Shown in pieces: positions 1 to 10,173 of a stretch of 64,000 nucleotides of DNA (its first letter is position 1; each line of letters starts with the position of its first letter). The stretch covers positions 352,001 to 416,000 of IMG/VR virus record IMGVR_UViG_3300029288_005873; one strand, 5' to 3'. The position numbers and the translations under genes are program-made. Under the pieces are notes generated by a model. That model worked only from the letters and a program-made list of their open reading frames with translations, was not told the origin of the DNA and did no database searches. This stretch comes from a virus. Taxonomy: Duplodnaviria > Caudoviricetes.

Positions 1-626
1 AAAGTTTCCACAGTTATAGACTGCATATAGATTTTGTCATTGGCGAAATCTTCCTCCTGTTCTCCTCCACATGATACCATTTTTATGAAGAGCCCAGCAT
101 CCAGTAAAGGCTGTCTTGCTACACCTATAAGGTATGAAGATACTATGTCTGAAAGCTCTTCTCTATCCTGTGTGCTTTTTGCCGCTATGCGTATCTCGAA
201 AGTCTGATCCCAGGCGCCTGCGAATACCTTATGCGTAGGAACTTTCACAAATGACCTATTTCCGTATCCATCCACAACCAAATCTACCCTATAGCGTGTT
301 GTGCCCTCTTGATTAAAGCTTATCGGAAAATACCGCCCTCCTGTATGCCTTATAGTCAAAGAAGGCAGATAGCGCTTATCGTACCTGAAAATATCTCCTA
401 TGAATATCCTTGTCGTCCTTGTCTCTTCGATATCTGGTGGTAGATCCGTCAGATCTGGTGTAAGTGGAAAACCAAAAGCATCCGTGCTGTAGCGATATAT
501 GGTATCCTGCTTAAAATGCTCGCGGAGAGAATCTATCAGCAAATTTTTGCCCTGCCCGACCTCCGTCTGCCTGACGAAGTCCGCGAGCTCGAAAAGGTCG
601 CTGAACACACGGAAACTTGTCGCCAT
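1..626 (-). CDS. Partial (3'-truncated by window edge) putative tail completion/terminator-type structural protein
   Basis: Not in the ORF track. My translation from ATG at 626 (GAGGTGAG SD upstream) is open to the edge: MATSFRVFSDLFELADFVRQ...VDGYGNRSF...GAWDQTFEIRIAAKSTQDREELSD...; function inferred from position and pattern. Confidence 0.6.
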   Translation of the reverse strand, partial: MATSFRVFSDLFELADFVRQTEVGQGKNLLIDSLREHFKQDTIYRYSTDAFGFPLTPDLTDLPPDIEETRTTRIFIGDIFRYDKRYLPSLTIRHTGGRYFPISFNQEGTTRYRVDLVVDGYGNRSFVKVPTHKVFAGAWDQTFEIRIAAKSTQDREELSDIVSSYLIGVARQPLLDAGLFIKMVSCGGEQEEDFANDKIYMQSITVET

Positions 627-634
627 CTCTCACC

Positions 635-1105
635 TCATTGGGGCTGACCCACTCTCACAATTTTTGCGCCATTTTCCACATTAAATACTACATTCCCGTT
701 TATTCTTCCCTCTAAGAGACATTCGGCTACGTACCTTCCTGGAGGCAGTTGTGCCATCCATTCGCCCGACCGGTTGGTACGCGTTTTCTTTACAGCATTA
801 TTTATATCATCGTATATAGTAATTCCAACCTCTGAAACCGGTTTTCCGCCGTCCATTATTTTACCAATTACCCTAGCGTTTGGCGCCGCTTTAATTAAAG
901 GCTCGGGTGCGACTCGGGCAGGCTCGGAGATAATAGCCCTAGTTTCCTCTTTATTAGTTGGCGCACAGCAAGCATTAGAATTATTTGCCGCAAGAAGCTG
1001 TTTTAGAAGCTGTTCCACTACCTGTAGGCGGCGATCCATGAGAACGAAGTTCCCTAGAAGCTCCTCAATCATTTGTATTCCCGTCTTCCCTGTCTTTTCT
1101 GCCAT
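635..1105 (-). CDS. Hypothetical protein, N-terminal coiled coil plus C-terminal carboxypeptidase-regulatory-like (Ig/transthyretin-like) domain
   Basis: VIGKIMDGGKPVSEVGITIYD...TRTNRSGEW...LPPGRY pattern; AGGTGA SD. Confidence 0.6.
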   Translation of the reverse strand: MAEKTGKTGIQMIEELLGNFVLMDRRLQVVEQLLKQLLAANNSNACCAPTNKEETRAIISEPARVAPEPLIKAAPNARVIGKIMDGGKPVSEVGITIYDDINNAVKKTRTNRSGEWMAQLPPGRYVAECLLEGRINGNVVFNVENGAKIVRVGQPQ

Positions 1106-1113
1106 TTAATCAC

Positions 1114-4100
1114 CTATAGTTTGTATGCTACCCTAACACCATGTATAACAGTGGCATCAGCTGATGTAGTAGTAAAGTACACATTATGAATTTCCCCAGA
1201 ACCCATTACAGTTGTTGTTGCTGGAGTTAAAACAATGGTTGAAAGGGAATGAATATTACCAGTTCCAGGACAAGATGTTGCCGCAACAACTGATGTTACT
1301 GGTAATGTGTCACCATTCCAAGCTGTAGAATTCCATCCAGCATCAAATGATGAATTCGGAGAAACTGCAGCAGAACCATACGTGATGGATACAGATACAA
1401 AAGTTGCTCCAAAAGGCAAATGAGCACCAGAAAATTCAACCTCAGATATTAGACCAGAAGACCCAGTTGTGTATAATACTGTCTTACCAATATCTGAACC
1501 AAAGTTACATGTTTGATCAAGACCTCCAAGATAATCTGCAGAAGCAGTTGATAGAGGAATATCAACATAGTATGTCTGACCTTTATTAAATATGTCTATT
1601 GTTGTAGCATTACTATAATATATTTTTGCATTGGTTGCTGGTGACATTGTAGTATCAACTACATTATTAAATGCCACTAAGCAATTATCAGATATTAAAG
1701 CTATAGCTACAACATTATTATTGAATGTTCCGCCAGAGAATATGTTTCCAGTTACAAGACAATCATCCTGTGTGACGGATAGAAGACCATATGTTGACGC
1801 TCCTGTGGCCTCACTCTGGAACGTGTTCCCAGACACAACGCCCCCTCTTGCATTGGTGTATATATCCACTAATTGTACGTCTCCAAATCCGCTTGTATCT
1901 ACAAGATTTGCTATATAGTTTCCGCATACATGAAACATATTGGTGGTGTTACCAGTCATCCACAAGGCAGATGAGTCTGCTCCAACAACATCCCTTGATA
2001 GAATTGTATTATCAAGAACCATAACATATGGACACTTATCAATACTTATTGAATTTCTACAACTTGAGAATGTGTTTCCCGAAACCATAGCATTCGAACA
2101 ATTTGAGAGCACAAGACCTCTTCCTATGGTTCCAACATATAGGTCTATAAAGACATTATCGCGTACAACAATGCTAGAGGCGGTCGTCGGATCACACCTC
2201 ATGCCTACGGCAAATCCATTAGTCGTCGAAGCTACATTTTTTAGGAAATTTCGCTCTATAAGCAATGCAGTCACAGAAGATGCGCTACTAATGTCGATCA
2301 TTGCCATATTGGCTGCCGCAACCTGTGTGCCACCATACAACATAAAGTTGTCGGTTATCCTAGTATAAATATTTGACCCAATACCAATGAAGGATGAACC
2401 AGCAACTATCGTAGCTGAAGTTGTAACTATGTTGTTTCCAGATATTGTATCATAAAGAGAAGAACTAATCACAATTCCGTTCTTTAGGACCTGGAATATG
2501 GTGTTATCCTTTATATTGTTGTAATTAGACGTCGATGTTATAGATATACCAACGTCTACGTTATGGAGCGCGCACTGCCTTATGTGGGAAAACTGAAGGT
2601 TGGTCATAACAATGGCATTATTACCTGCCGCAGATGCCAAGAAGGCAAAGTCGCAGTCTTCGATGCGGATTCCAACAGCCGAACCAGAACTAATAAAACC
2701 ACTGGTAAGTGTACCAGACCTGTAGAACGACAGATCGCGCACAATATTTCCTGTGCCAAGTACGATTGTCGATGCTGCAGATGTAAAGGTGATTCTGGCA
2801 CCAGTTGAACTTGGTCCGATGCCATCACCTTCTAGGATGGTATAATCTGGAAGAGTTACAGACCCAGCTAGTAACACATTACCGCGAATCCTTATCTTCC
2901 TAGAATAGGAGTTTCCAGAAGATAATGCGGACAAATAGGCAGCAGCTGACTCAAGACTGGCGAATGAGCCATGGTCAATACCATCCTCTTCAACAAGAAT
3001 ATCTAGTTTTCCATCTACGTCTCCCACAAACCTACGCACATCGGTTATAGATGTTATGACGTTTGAACTATTGACTACAACCTGGGCAAAGGCAACTTGT
3101 GTCCTGCCTGCCAGGATTTCCGCAATAGATGGTGTAGAAAGCACACTGGACGCAAAATAGTTATCCCTCATAAGACGCAGAGAACCATCAGTGTCCATGA
3201 GAAGATTGTATGTTGCTACTCCGTCAGCAGGAATAGTGAATGTTGCCCCGCCAACAGACTTTATCTGACCATCTACTAAAGCCTCTCCTCCTATTACAGA
3301 AAGTACGGAAGTTCCTGTTCCACTTGCCTCGAAGCCTTTGATTACTCCATTCCCACGCAGAAGTGAACGTGGATATGATACATAGTCACGCGTAAAGTCA
3401 TCGCGAACATCCTGTCTGCCAACATTTCCAAATTCCCTTGTGTCAATAAGCTGTCCAAAAGTCGTCCTGTTATGAAGAACTGTAGCTAATTGAAGGAATC
3501 TCTCTTCGCTTATGCGCGGATATGTCGTAATGTCGAGATAACCGTCAGATCCAGGAAGAGAACCAACAATCTCAAAGTTTATGTAATCCACATTGTTGGC
3601 ATCATATAGAGAAAAGCAAAAACCTGCTTCAGATGTCGACGGAAGGGCAACTTTAACACCAATATTTGAAATAGAAGGACCAGCAGCTCTTGTCCCAAGG
3701 ACTAGCGTACGTGCTGAGAAGTCATAAAAAGCACGTCGCAATGACGAACCAAATGTTCTAGAGATGCCTGTAACATCTAATATTACCTCAAGTCCTGCGC
3801 CTCCACCAGAAGTGTCAACATATTGAACCCTAGTTGAGGCTTTCAATTCTGCTTCGGGACCATAACCACCATGGTATCCGTCCAGAAAAACTTCGTACAG
3901 TGTTCTTTGGATAGGTGCTGCGGCTGCGGCTACAGAAAAGGCATCAGCCCAGATGCGTACCTGTACCCATTTGTTAATATTTGAGCTAAAATCGTGCTCG
4001 TTTGCACTGTCGAAAACCACAGCAGTAGAAGTAACGCTATTTATGATATATGTACCAGTTTCAAATACGGATACGTGAGCCACCTGTCCCGCTTTGACGG

Positions 4101-5646
4101 CAGAAGCAAGAGGATTTATGCTCGGGAATGTTATAGTATCACCAGACGTAATTTGTCCATATGCGTCAATGAGCAACCTAAGAGATGGAATTTCATATCC
4201 ATCTATATACAGGTTACGCGATGACACAGCATATGATACTCCATATGAAAAGCCAAGAGTTGCCGCAGCATCGTTAGCTGGAACTGCTGCAACGGCAACC
4301 TCTATAAATCCATTGTCCTGCGGAGAGTCATATGCAAAACCAAGCTCACCATTATGTGAGAAAGCTATGATGGGATATCTTGTGCTTCCAATTCCTGGAG
4401 ATAGAAGTGAATAATTTATTACACGCGCAACATTTTCCGCAGTCCATGTGCTTGGTGTAGCGGAAAATGCCGTCATAGCTGTATATACGTCCAAATCTCC
4501 CGTATCACCGCCACGGTATTTGAGTCGCAGAGACTTTATTGTTGCCGTAAGGTCGCTTCCGCGAAAACCATTACTCAATACATACGGTGCTGATGGATGT
4601 GCGATCTGTAGGGTCGATGGACGTCGCATACAGACTATTGCTGGAGAAGGTTCTGAGGTTTCCTCAGAATTTCTATACACGGCAGCCACACCAGTACCAG
4701 AAACAGGGAGCTGCCCAAATATGTTTACCTGATTCGTGCTTTGTGTACTATCTACAATAAATCGGTATGTTCTTCCCCCTATAATCAGATCAATTCTATC
4801 ATTTCTGGATATAAGCGCAAAATCAGCTGGGGTTGGAGCAACAGCAAACTTTATAAAAGAACTGCCTACTGTACCAGAAGTCGTTGTTGCTGGTGCGATA
4901 ATTGTTACACCATGATCTGTACCAGATATAAAGGCATCCTGAGAATTAAGTATCCCGTTTCCGTGCTGTCTGTCCCTATGTCTGATTACCTCAACAAGCT
5001 GAAGATTTTCTAGTTGTTCTGTAGCATCCTGTACATTATCGGCAGTTATGGTTGTAAACCTATTTGGGTCTAATGATATGGCACTTCCATCGTGAGCATC
5101 AATGGGATCAATTATGTGCGCGATTAATCTAGTATCAAGCTCAGTAAGAGCCCCTTGTACTGTCTTCCCAGTAAACACACCATAAGCATCAACATCACCA
5201 GAAGTATGCCGTCCCCACAATGCTGGATGCGCAACATGTTGAGATAGATTCGATATATCCTGTGCCAGCGCTATCTCTAGAGCATCAACCCTAACTCTTA
5301 GACTGTCTATCCAAAACTTTAGCAGAGTAGTACCATAGTTTAGGTCAAGCTTTGACTCCTCGATCCCAGCATTTGTACCAACCTGAGAGTCGGTTATCGG
5401 AAGAGTCACAAGTCCTATACCAGCTAGAGCTGAGGCTTTAATATAGCCGTTAGCATCAAGAGATACGCCCAGCCTTGTAACCAAATCGGTAGCGCTGCCT
5501 TGGGGTAACCGACCCAGAGCCTTTTCGATCGCAAATACGGCACTGCGAAGCAGGTTAATTACATCCCCCCCGATTTCTGAGATATTATCGTCTATTCTTG
5601 GTATTTCTGCATCGGTATCTATGCTTGTTGGGTACTTGATAACCAT
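1114..5646 (-). CDS. Large tail fibre/spike protein with C-terminal right-handed beta-helix (pectin-lyase-like) region
   Basis: 1510 aa; repeated I-x-x-N / ISGN / VSGNTF beta-helix turns in the C-terminal third; N-terminal attachment module shared with 6234..6500. Confidence 0.75.
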   Translation of the reverse strand: MVIKYPTSIDTDAEIPRIDDNISEIGGDVINLLRSAVFAIEKALGRLPQGSATDLVTRLGVSLDANGYIKASALAGIGLVTLPITDSQVGTNAGIEESKLDLNYGTTLLKFWIDSLRVRVDALEIALAQDISNLSQHVAHPALWGRHTSGDVDAYGVFTGKTVQGALTELDTRLIAHIIDPIDAHDGSAISLDPNRFTTITADNVQDATEQLENLQLVEVIRHRDRQHGNGILNSQDAFISGTDHGVTIIAPATTTSGTVGSSFIKFAVAPTPADFALISRNDRIDLIIGGRTYRFIVDSTQSTNQVNIFGQLPVSGTGVAAVYRNSEETSEPSPAIVCMRRPSTLQIAHPSAPYVLSNGFRGSDLTATIKSLRLKYRGGDTGDLDVYTAMTAFSATPSTWTAENVARVINYSLLSPGIGSTRYPIIAFSHNGELGFAYDSPQDNGFIEVAVAAVPANDAAATLGFSYGVSYAVSSRNLYIDGYEIPSLRLLIDAYGQITSGDTITFPSINPLASAVKAGQVAHVSVFETGTYIINSVTSTAVVFDSANEHDFSSNINKWVQVRIWADAFSVAAAAAPIQRTLYEVFLDGYHGGYGPEAELKASTRVQYVDTSGGGAGLEVILDVTGISRTFGSSLRRAFYDFSARTLVLGTRAAGPSISNIGVKVALPSTSEAGFCFSLYDANNVDYINFEIVGSLPGSDGYLDITTYPRISEERFLQLATVLHNRTTFGQLIDTREFGNVGRQDVRDDFTRDYVSYPRSLLRGNGVIKGFEASGTGTSVLSVIGGEALVDGQIKSVGGATFTIPADGVATYNLLMDTDGSLRLMRDNYFASSVLSTPSIAEILAGRTQVAFAQVVVNSSNVITSITDVRRFVGDVDGKLDILVEEDGIDHGSFASLESAAAYLSALSSGNSYSRKIRIRGNVLLAGSVTLPDYTILEGDGIGPSSTGARITFTSAASTIVLGTGNIVRDLSFYRSGTLTSGFISSGSAVGIRIEDCDFAFLASAAGNNAIVMTNLQFSHIRQCALHNVDVGISITSTSNYNNIKDNTIFQVLKNGIVISSSLYDTISGNNIVTTSATIVAGSSFIGIGSNIYTRITDNFMLYGGTQVAAANMAMIDISSASSVTALLIERNFLKNVASTTNGFAVGMRCDPTTASSIVVRDNVFIDLYVGTIGRGLVLSNCSNAMVSGNTFSSCRNSISIDKCPYVMVLDNTILSRDVVGADSSALWMTGNTTNMFHVCGNYIANLVDTSGFGDVQLVDIYTNARGGVVSGNTFQSEATGASTYGLLSVTQDDCLVTGNIFSGGTFNNNVVAIALISDNCLVAFNNVVDTTMSPATNAKIYYSNATTIDIFNKGQTYYVDIPLSTASADYLGGLDQTCNFGSDIGKTVLYTTGSSGLISEVEFSGAHLPFGATFVSVSITYGSAAVSPNSSFDAGWNSTAWNGDTLPVTSVVAATSCPGTGNIHSLSTIVLTPATTTVMGSGEIHNVYFTTTSADATVIHGVRVAYKL

Positions 5647-5664
5647 TGTGCCAGCTCCTCCGGC

Positions 5665-5967
5665 TTATGCTTCCTTTTCGCTGTCATCTTCCTCTTCGGT
5701 CCCTCCAACTCCACTTGCTAGCGGATTAAAGGACATTTTGTAGCGCTCAGTGTTGTGTTCAACATTCTTCTGCCAAACATTGCCGCCTATATACAAACCA
5801 GTTACCAGTGTTATGACAGACACCCATTCGGTACCTGATAATAGTACAAGAGGCTTTTCCGCAGCAAACAACCACGCACTAACAAGGGGTGGTAAAAAAG
5901 CTCCAATGGTTGCAAGTATGACCACCAATAATGCAAGATGCCATTTCCTGGACGGCAGAGCACTCAT
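5665..5967 (-). CDS. Holin-like membrane protein (two predicted TM helices, acidic C-tail)
   Basis: N-terminal SRK followed by two hydrophobic stretches and a GLYIGGN motif. Confidence 0.55.
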   Translation of the reverse strand: MSALPSRKWHLALLVVILATIGAFLPPLVSAWLFAAEKPLVLLSGTEWVSVITLVTGLYIGGNVWQKNVEHNTERYKMSFNPLASGVGGTEEEDDSEKEA

Positions 5968-6224
5968 TTTTTATCCCCCTTTTCTATAATTGGTGGTTTA
6001 ACTTTTGTATTAGCGGCTTGCATAATCTGCGCACGTGCTTGATTAGCTTGAGCCATAATTAACTGTCTTTGACGCTCGATCTCTGCCCTAATGTCCTGAT
6101 GTCCAATATTTACTGGTGTATTGCCACTACGCATTCTTGATCGAAGCTTTCCAACGCATCTTTCCAAAAGAATACGCATATGATCAAGATCTTCAGTCAA
6201 CTCCTCAAGAAATCTATCGTCCAT
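5964..6224 (-). CDS. Hypothetical coiled-coil protein
   Basis: In-operon ORF overlapping the next gene by ATGA. Confidence 0.6.
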   Translation of the reverse strand: MDDRFLEELTEDLDHMRILLERCVGKLRSRMRSGNTPVNIGHQDIRAEIERQRQLIMAQANQARAQIMQAANTKVKPPIIEKGDKK

Positions 6225-6233
6225 TTCTATCTC

Positions 6234-6500
6234 CTAGTATATGTCCTTTATAAGACCATGTAGTATTTGTATTGTAACGCCACCAAAAATTACGGTGCCA
6301 GAATATCCGTCAGCCTGGTCGTCAAGACGTTCTGCAACCGTTCCAAAAATACCTTGAGGCTGGACACCAAGCGCTTGTTCAATAGCAATTATAGCGCTTC
6401 TATTGTCATTGTGGTCTCTAGCCACAACCTCTTCTATCTTATCACGAACAACCCTTATATTTGAATATCCGTCTATCGCCGACGGGTAAACTGTGCTCAT
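6234..6500 (-). CDS. Small structural protein, paralog of the N-terminal module of the 1510-aa fibre
   Basis: YPSAID...NRSAIIAIEQALGVQPQG...VAERL versus YPTSID...LRSAVFAIEKALGRLPQG...LVTRL; GGAGG SD. Confidence 0.75.
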   Translation of the reverse strand: MSTVYPSAIDGYSNIRVVRDKIEEVVARDHNDNRSAIIAIEQALGVQPQGIFGTVAERLDDQADGYSGTVIFGGVTIQILHGLIKDIY

Positions 6501-6524
6501 TTTTTCCTCCTAGATAAATGGCGT

Positions 6525-7409
6525 CTAGATATAAAATTGTGCGGTTCGCCATTTTCTATCTAGACGCGTACTCTCGTTGGAGTCGCGATATAACCACTCA
6601 ATTATTCTGGATGTCTGTTTCCTACCACCAAAAGTCAATTCGAACACTTGAGCATTTCTCTTTTTCCGTACAGCTGGACTTTTTGTAGCACAATGTATTA
6701 TTAGTTCATTTCTAATCCACTGTAGCATTTGTTCAGTACCAGCGAAACCCAAAGCAGCTGATGTGCTACCAATCCACCCATCTCCATCCATATATCCGCG
6801 TATAAAATGCCGCACCATATCAACAGGAATTTTTAATGGTGGCATTAAAACAAGGCTTTTCTTAGCCACTACATTGAAATTATACGCCAGGTCAGTAACA
6901 AGAAGTTTTGAGCCAATAACAAGGACAATCGATTCTCTGTCCATGCGCAAAGGTCTGTCCCATCCAAGCCATTTAGCAAATGAAGTTACATGTTCTACAT
7001 CAGATTTTTTCAAACTCAATTTCATTTGAGTGCGCACAATGCTACCATCAGCTGCCATAAGCCCTGCCCAATAACAACTTTCTGGTGAAAATGACGCAAA
7101 AGCAGAATGATTTACAGATTTATTTCTCGCGGCTTCTGATATATTACGCATCACACCTGCGTTTTTTATCCTATATGCTATACTACTACACGAAATTCCG
7201 AGTTCATCACCAATCATTTTACAAGTTTTGCCAGATAAATACATTTTAACAAGTATGGCAGTATCAATATTAATAATCCTATTTCTGGATTTTTTACCGC
7301 AAGATTTTAATGCTTTATAAACCATTCTAGTTGTGGTATGAAACATTTTTGCAACTGTTAGAAGAGATTTTCCAGTCATATATGCGTCGGAGATTGCTTT
7401 TTGATCCAT
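6525..7409 (-). CDS. Free-standing LAGLIDADG homing endonuclease with N-terminal HTH repeats
   Basis: YWAGLMAADG and FIRGYMDGDG motifs; C-terminal LDRK. Confidence 0.9.
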   Translation of the reverse strand: MDQKAISDAYMTGKSLLTVAKMFHTTTRMVYKALKSCGKKSRNRIINIDTAILVKMYLSGKTCKMIGDELGISCSSIAYRIKNAGVMRNISEAARNKSVNHSAFASFSPESCYWAGLMAADGSIVRTQMKLSLKKSDVEHVTSFAKWLGWDRPLRMDRESIVLVIGSKLLVTDLAYNFNVVAKKSLVLMPPLKIPVDMVRHFIRGYMDGDGWIGSTSAALGFAGTEQMLQWIRNELIIHCATKSPAVRKKRNAQVFELTFGGRKQTSRIIEWLYRDSNESTRLDRKWRTAQFYI

Positions 7410-7418
7410 TATAAATTC

Positions 7419-9395
7419 TCACAATATGTGCGAATGTCCAAGCACAGTCAGAACAACTCCTTGTCTTACTACATGACTATGCATTTCATTCACTGATGTA
7501 GTTCCATTAATAGAAGAAATCTCATCTCCATTTGGAACCATAACATTATGGTAATGCCGAGGAATACCTGGAGCCAATGAAACGCTTGTTGTTACCGCTA
7601 TACCATATGGAGATAAATCACGCTGAACAAGAAATTGGTACACAATAGAAGAACGAGCAAATCTCTGCATATTAAACTTCTGAACACCAGACTGGGAAAA
7701 GAAACCGCGCACTCTGTTTACATCTAAAATTTCATACCTAAAGGCTTCAGTGTTATCTGCGTTAAACCGTACCAATACATCCCTATCTTTAACTGCTGGA
7801 AATGCCATAGTCCAACTGCTTGGTTTATATTCTGGCGTCAATCCATCTTTATCTCCGATCTTAAGATCGTCGACCGCTGGATCGACCCTTACAAGTATAC
7901 GTCCATCGGGTCGTCTCGGATTGATGAATTGCTCATAACCGCCTACAAAACCAGTTGACAGGCATACTGGACAACGGGCATCTGGATTCTCGCGTCTAAG
8001 CATAAAGCAACTACAGCGTATACCTGTCCACAAGCGTCTCATCAAAACAAAAGGTTCACCCGTCGTCTCAAGAAGAAGTTCCTCTCGCTGTAGGGTCTGC
8101 ATTAAAACATCATTTGCTCTAACTGTTTGCCCATTGCGTTTCTGTACGCCGCCGAAATACGTTCCGACACACTGCCCACGCCAAAAATCAGAGGGTGCTA
8201 AACGACGATACGTTCCACAATAGTCGAAACGATCAAAATTTCCTTGGGAATCGTTGTTCGACCCATCTGTAGTGATATCATCGCGCTTAACCTGACGCGG
8301 GAAAAAATAACCATCATGACCCGTTACATCATATCCATCATATCCATCTCTGTAGCCATCTGGTCCATATCCATCGCCAAGAACCCACGTCATAGCATAA
8401 TTAGGTTTTTCGAACGTCGGAGTCGTTTGTGCTATGATAGTGTTTCCATCTTCGTTTCCGCGCCATAGATCAACTATAGACTCTGAATCATGTGACTCGG
8501 CAACCGTTCCAAGATAACCTCGTCCAGTGGCATCGGTCAAAAAAGCAGGCGGAAATTGCCGCAGAGACAGATATCTAACTAGTTCCGTTCCTATCTCTAC
8601 AATACCAAATTCTGGAAAACCATCTACGGATACAACTGGAAGTTCAATATCTGTGTCATAGACATGCCCATCAAGTTCCGTGCTAGGGTATGCGTACATG
8701 TTAGTACCGACTAAACGCAAACCTACTAAACTAGAGACGGAAGGAACAACCTCGGAAGCTCGTACACCAAAATATCGTGTGCTCCCTGGCGCAATACCGC
8801 CTAACGATGCGGTTTGTGCGACAACCATAAATTGCGGTTTTTCCTCAAACACGTCAACACGCTTGGTAGCATGATATAAATTGTAGACGACATAATCATT
8901 CTCGTCATACGGTGCTGCTTCATTCCACTCTAACTCAGCTTCTGTCCCAGTCCCTTCATCCAAGGCTGCCTGTAAACCTGCATTATTACTCATAAAAAAA
9001 GGTTTGCCAACAAGGCAAGCTCTTCCTGTGGCAGGTTCTGGTGGAGGTGGAGGTGGAGGAACATACCCTGATGTGTAAAAACTGTACCCATATGAGTCAA
9101 TGGATCCATATGAGTCCAGTACGGACATCGCCACTACTACCTCAGATGCAGCTGGAAGGTATGATGGTCCCTTCGGATAAATACCAACTACATGTCTTCC
9201 AGTACCAGCAAAGATGTTACCCATAAATCCATTCACGAAAACGCCACCAGTAATCACCTGCGTACCATCAAGTGAAACGGACAACGTTCCAATCTGCTCT
9301 CCATAAGAGTCAGCTACTACGGTGAAACCAACCATCGTAGTTCTTGGTACGCTCGTCTGTTCTGGCTCTGGCGTAAACCTCGTGAAGTATGCCAT
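7419..9395 (-). CDS. Putative neck/head-closure protein (Ig/FN3-like N-part, Zn-finger closure-type domain, His-rich C-terminus)
   Basis: CSC...CPVCLSTGFVGGY; YFGVRA FN3-like strand; HxH repeats at the C-terminus; DGY-rich segment. Confidence 0.55.
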   Translation of the reverse strand: MAYFTRFTPEPEQTSVPRTTMVGFTVVADSYGEQIGTLSVSLDGTQVITGGVFVNGFMGNIFAGTGRHVVGIYPKGPSYLPAASEVVVAMSVLDSYGSIDSYGYSFYTSGYVPPPPPPPEPATGRACLVGKPFFMSNNAGLQAALDEGTGTEAELEWNEAAPYDENDYVVYNLYHATKRVDVFEEKPQFMVVAQTASLGGIAPGSTRYFGVRASEVVPSVSSLVGLRLVGTNMYAYPSTELDGHVYDTDIELPVVSVDGFPEFGIVEIGTELVRYLSLRQFPPAFLTDATGRGYLGTVAESHDSESIVDLWRGNEDGNTIIAQTTPTFEKPNYAMTWVLGDGYGPDGYRDGYDGYDVTGHDGYFFPRQVKRDDITTDGSNNDSQGNFDRFDYCGTYRRLAPSDFWRGQCVGTYFGGVQKRNGQTVRANDVLMQTLQREELLLETTGEPFVLMRRLWTGIRCSCFMLRRENPDARCPVCLSTGFVGGYEQFINPRRPDGRILVRVDPAVDDLKIGDKDGLTPEYKPSSWTMAFPAVKDRDVLVRFNADNTEAFRYEILDVNRVRGFFSQSGVQKFNMQRFARSSIVYQFLVQRDLSPYGIAVTTSVSLAPGIPRHYHNVMVPNGDEISSINGTTSVNEMHSHVVRQGVVLTVLGHSHIL

Positions 9396-9397
9396 CG

Positions 9398-9931
9398 CTA
9401 CTCCAGCAGTTCCTCAATCTTTTTCCTGCGCTCCTTTCCGCGCAATCCATGATGGTCCATCAGATCATCGATGTACTGCTGTATCTCTTCAGGACAATAC
9501 ACCATTTCATCATGACCATCACCTTCCATGTAATCTATTTGGGTTTGGAAAGCTTCAACTTCATTTTCGTCGTCCAAGTAATCTCCGTCCTGCGTTTCGG
9601 TTACATCGCTAGTAGCCTGTTGACCCACATGACAGGTTTCATGAACAAGATATCTCATGATGTCCCGCCATTCGCAGTCGAGGAGATTCTCATTAAGGAT
9701 TATGTTACCGTCCACCGTCTTTGCTGAAACATCCAAAGGCTCAAAACGTATGGATAGATGATCAAGAACGGAGTCATCGAGTTCGTACTTTTTCAAAATC
9801 TCTTGGATGACCTTTTCCCCTTTCAGGGCATTACGCAATTTGCCAACAAGTTCCTTGCGGTCCATTTCCTTAAAATTGCCTGATGGCATTGACATATCCA
9901 TCCTCCAAATCATCTTATCAATGGTGGGCAA
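9398..9931 (-). CDS. Putative zinc metallopeptidase-like protein
   Basis: LVHETCH (HExxH) with a downstream EVEA. Confidence 0.6.
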   Translation of the reverse strand: MPTIDKMIWRMDMSMPSGNFKEMDRKELVGKLRNALKGEKVIQEILKKYELDDSVLDHLSIRFEPLDVSAKTVDGNIILNENLLDCEWRDIMRYLVHETCHVGQQATSDVTETQDGDYLDDENEVEAFQTQIDYMEGDGHDEMVYCPEEIQQYIDDLMDHHGLRGKERRKKIEELLE

Positions 9932-10173
9932 ACAGTAGGCTTTGTATCCTCTGGAACCTCACTAGGTTCTTCATCAGCACCTTCACGCATAGGCATGCGT
10001 CCAACAAGCACAGCTATCTCAAGCGCCTGTTCGTGTCGGCTAATAAGCTCTTCAGCTTGCCTGATTGCATTCCTAAGCCCAAGGATTTCAATTTTAATCT
10101 CAAACGGATTCGATGGGTCAACTATGCCCGCATACTCAATCGTCTTTCGCGAAAGCTTCATTAATATCTCCAT
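9910..10173 (-). CDS. Hypothetical protein
   Basis: In-operon minus-strand ORF. Confidence 0.5.
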   Translation of the reverse strand: MEILMKLSRKTIEYAGIVDPSNPFEIKIEILGLRNAIRQAEELISRHEQALEIAVLVGRMPMREGADEEPSEVPEDTKPTVCPPLIR

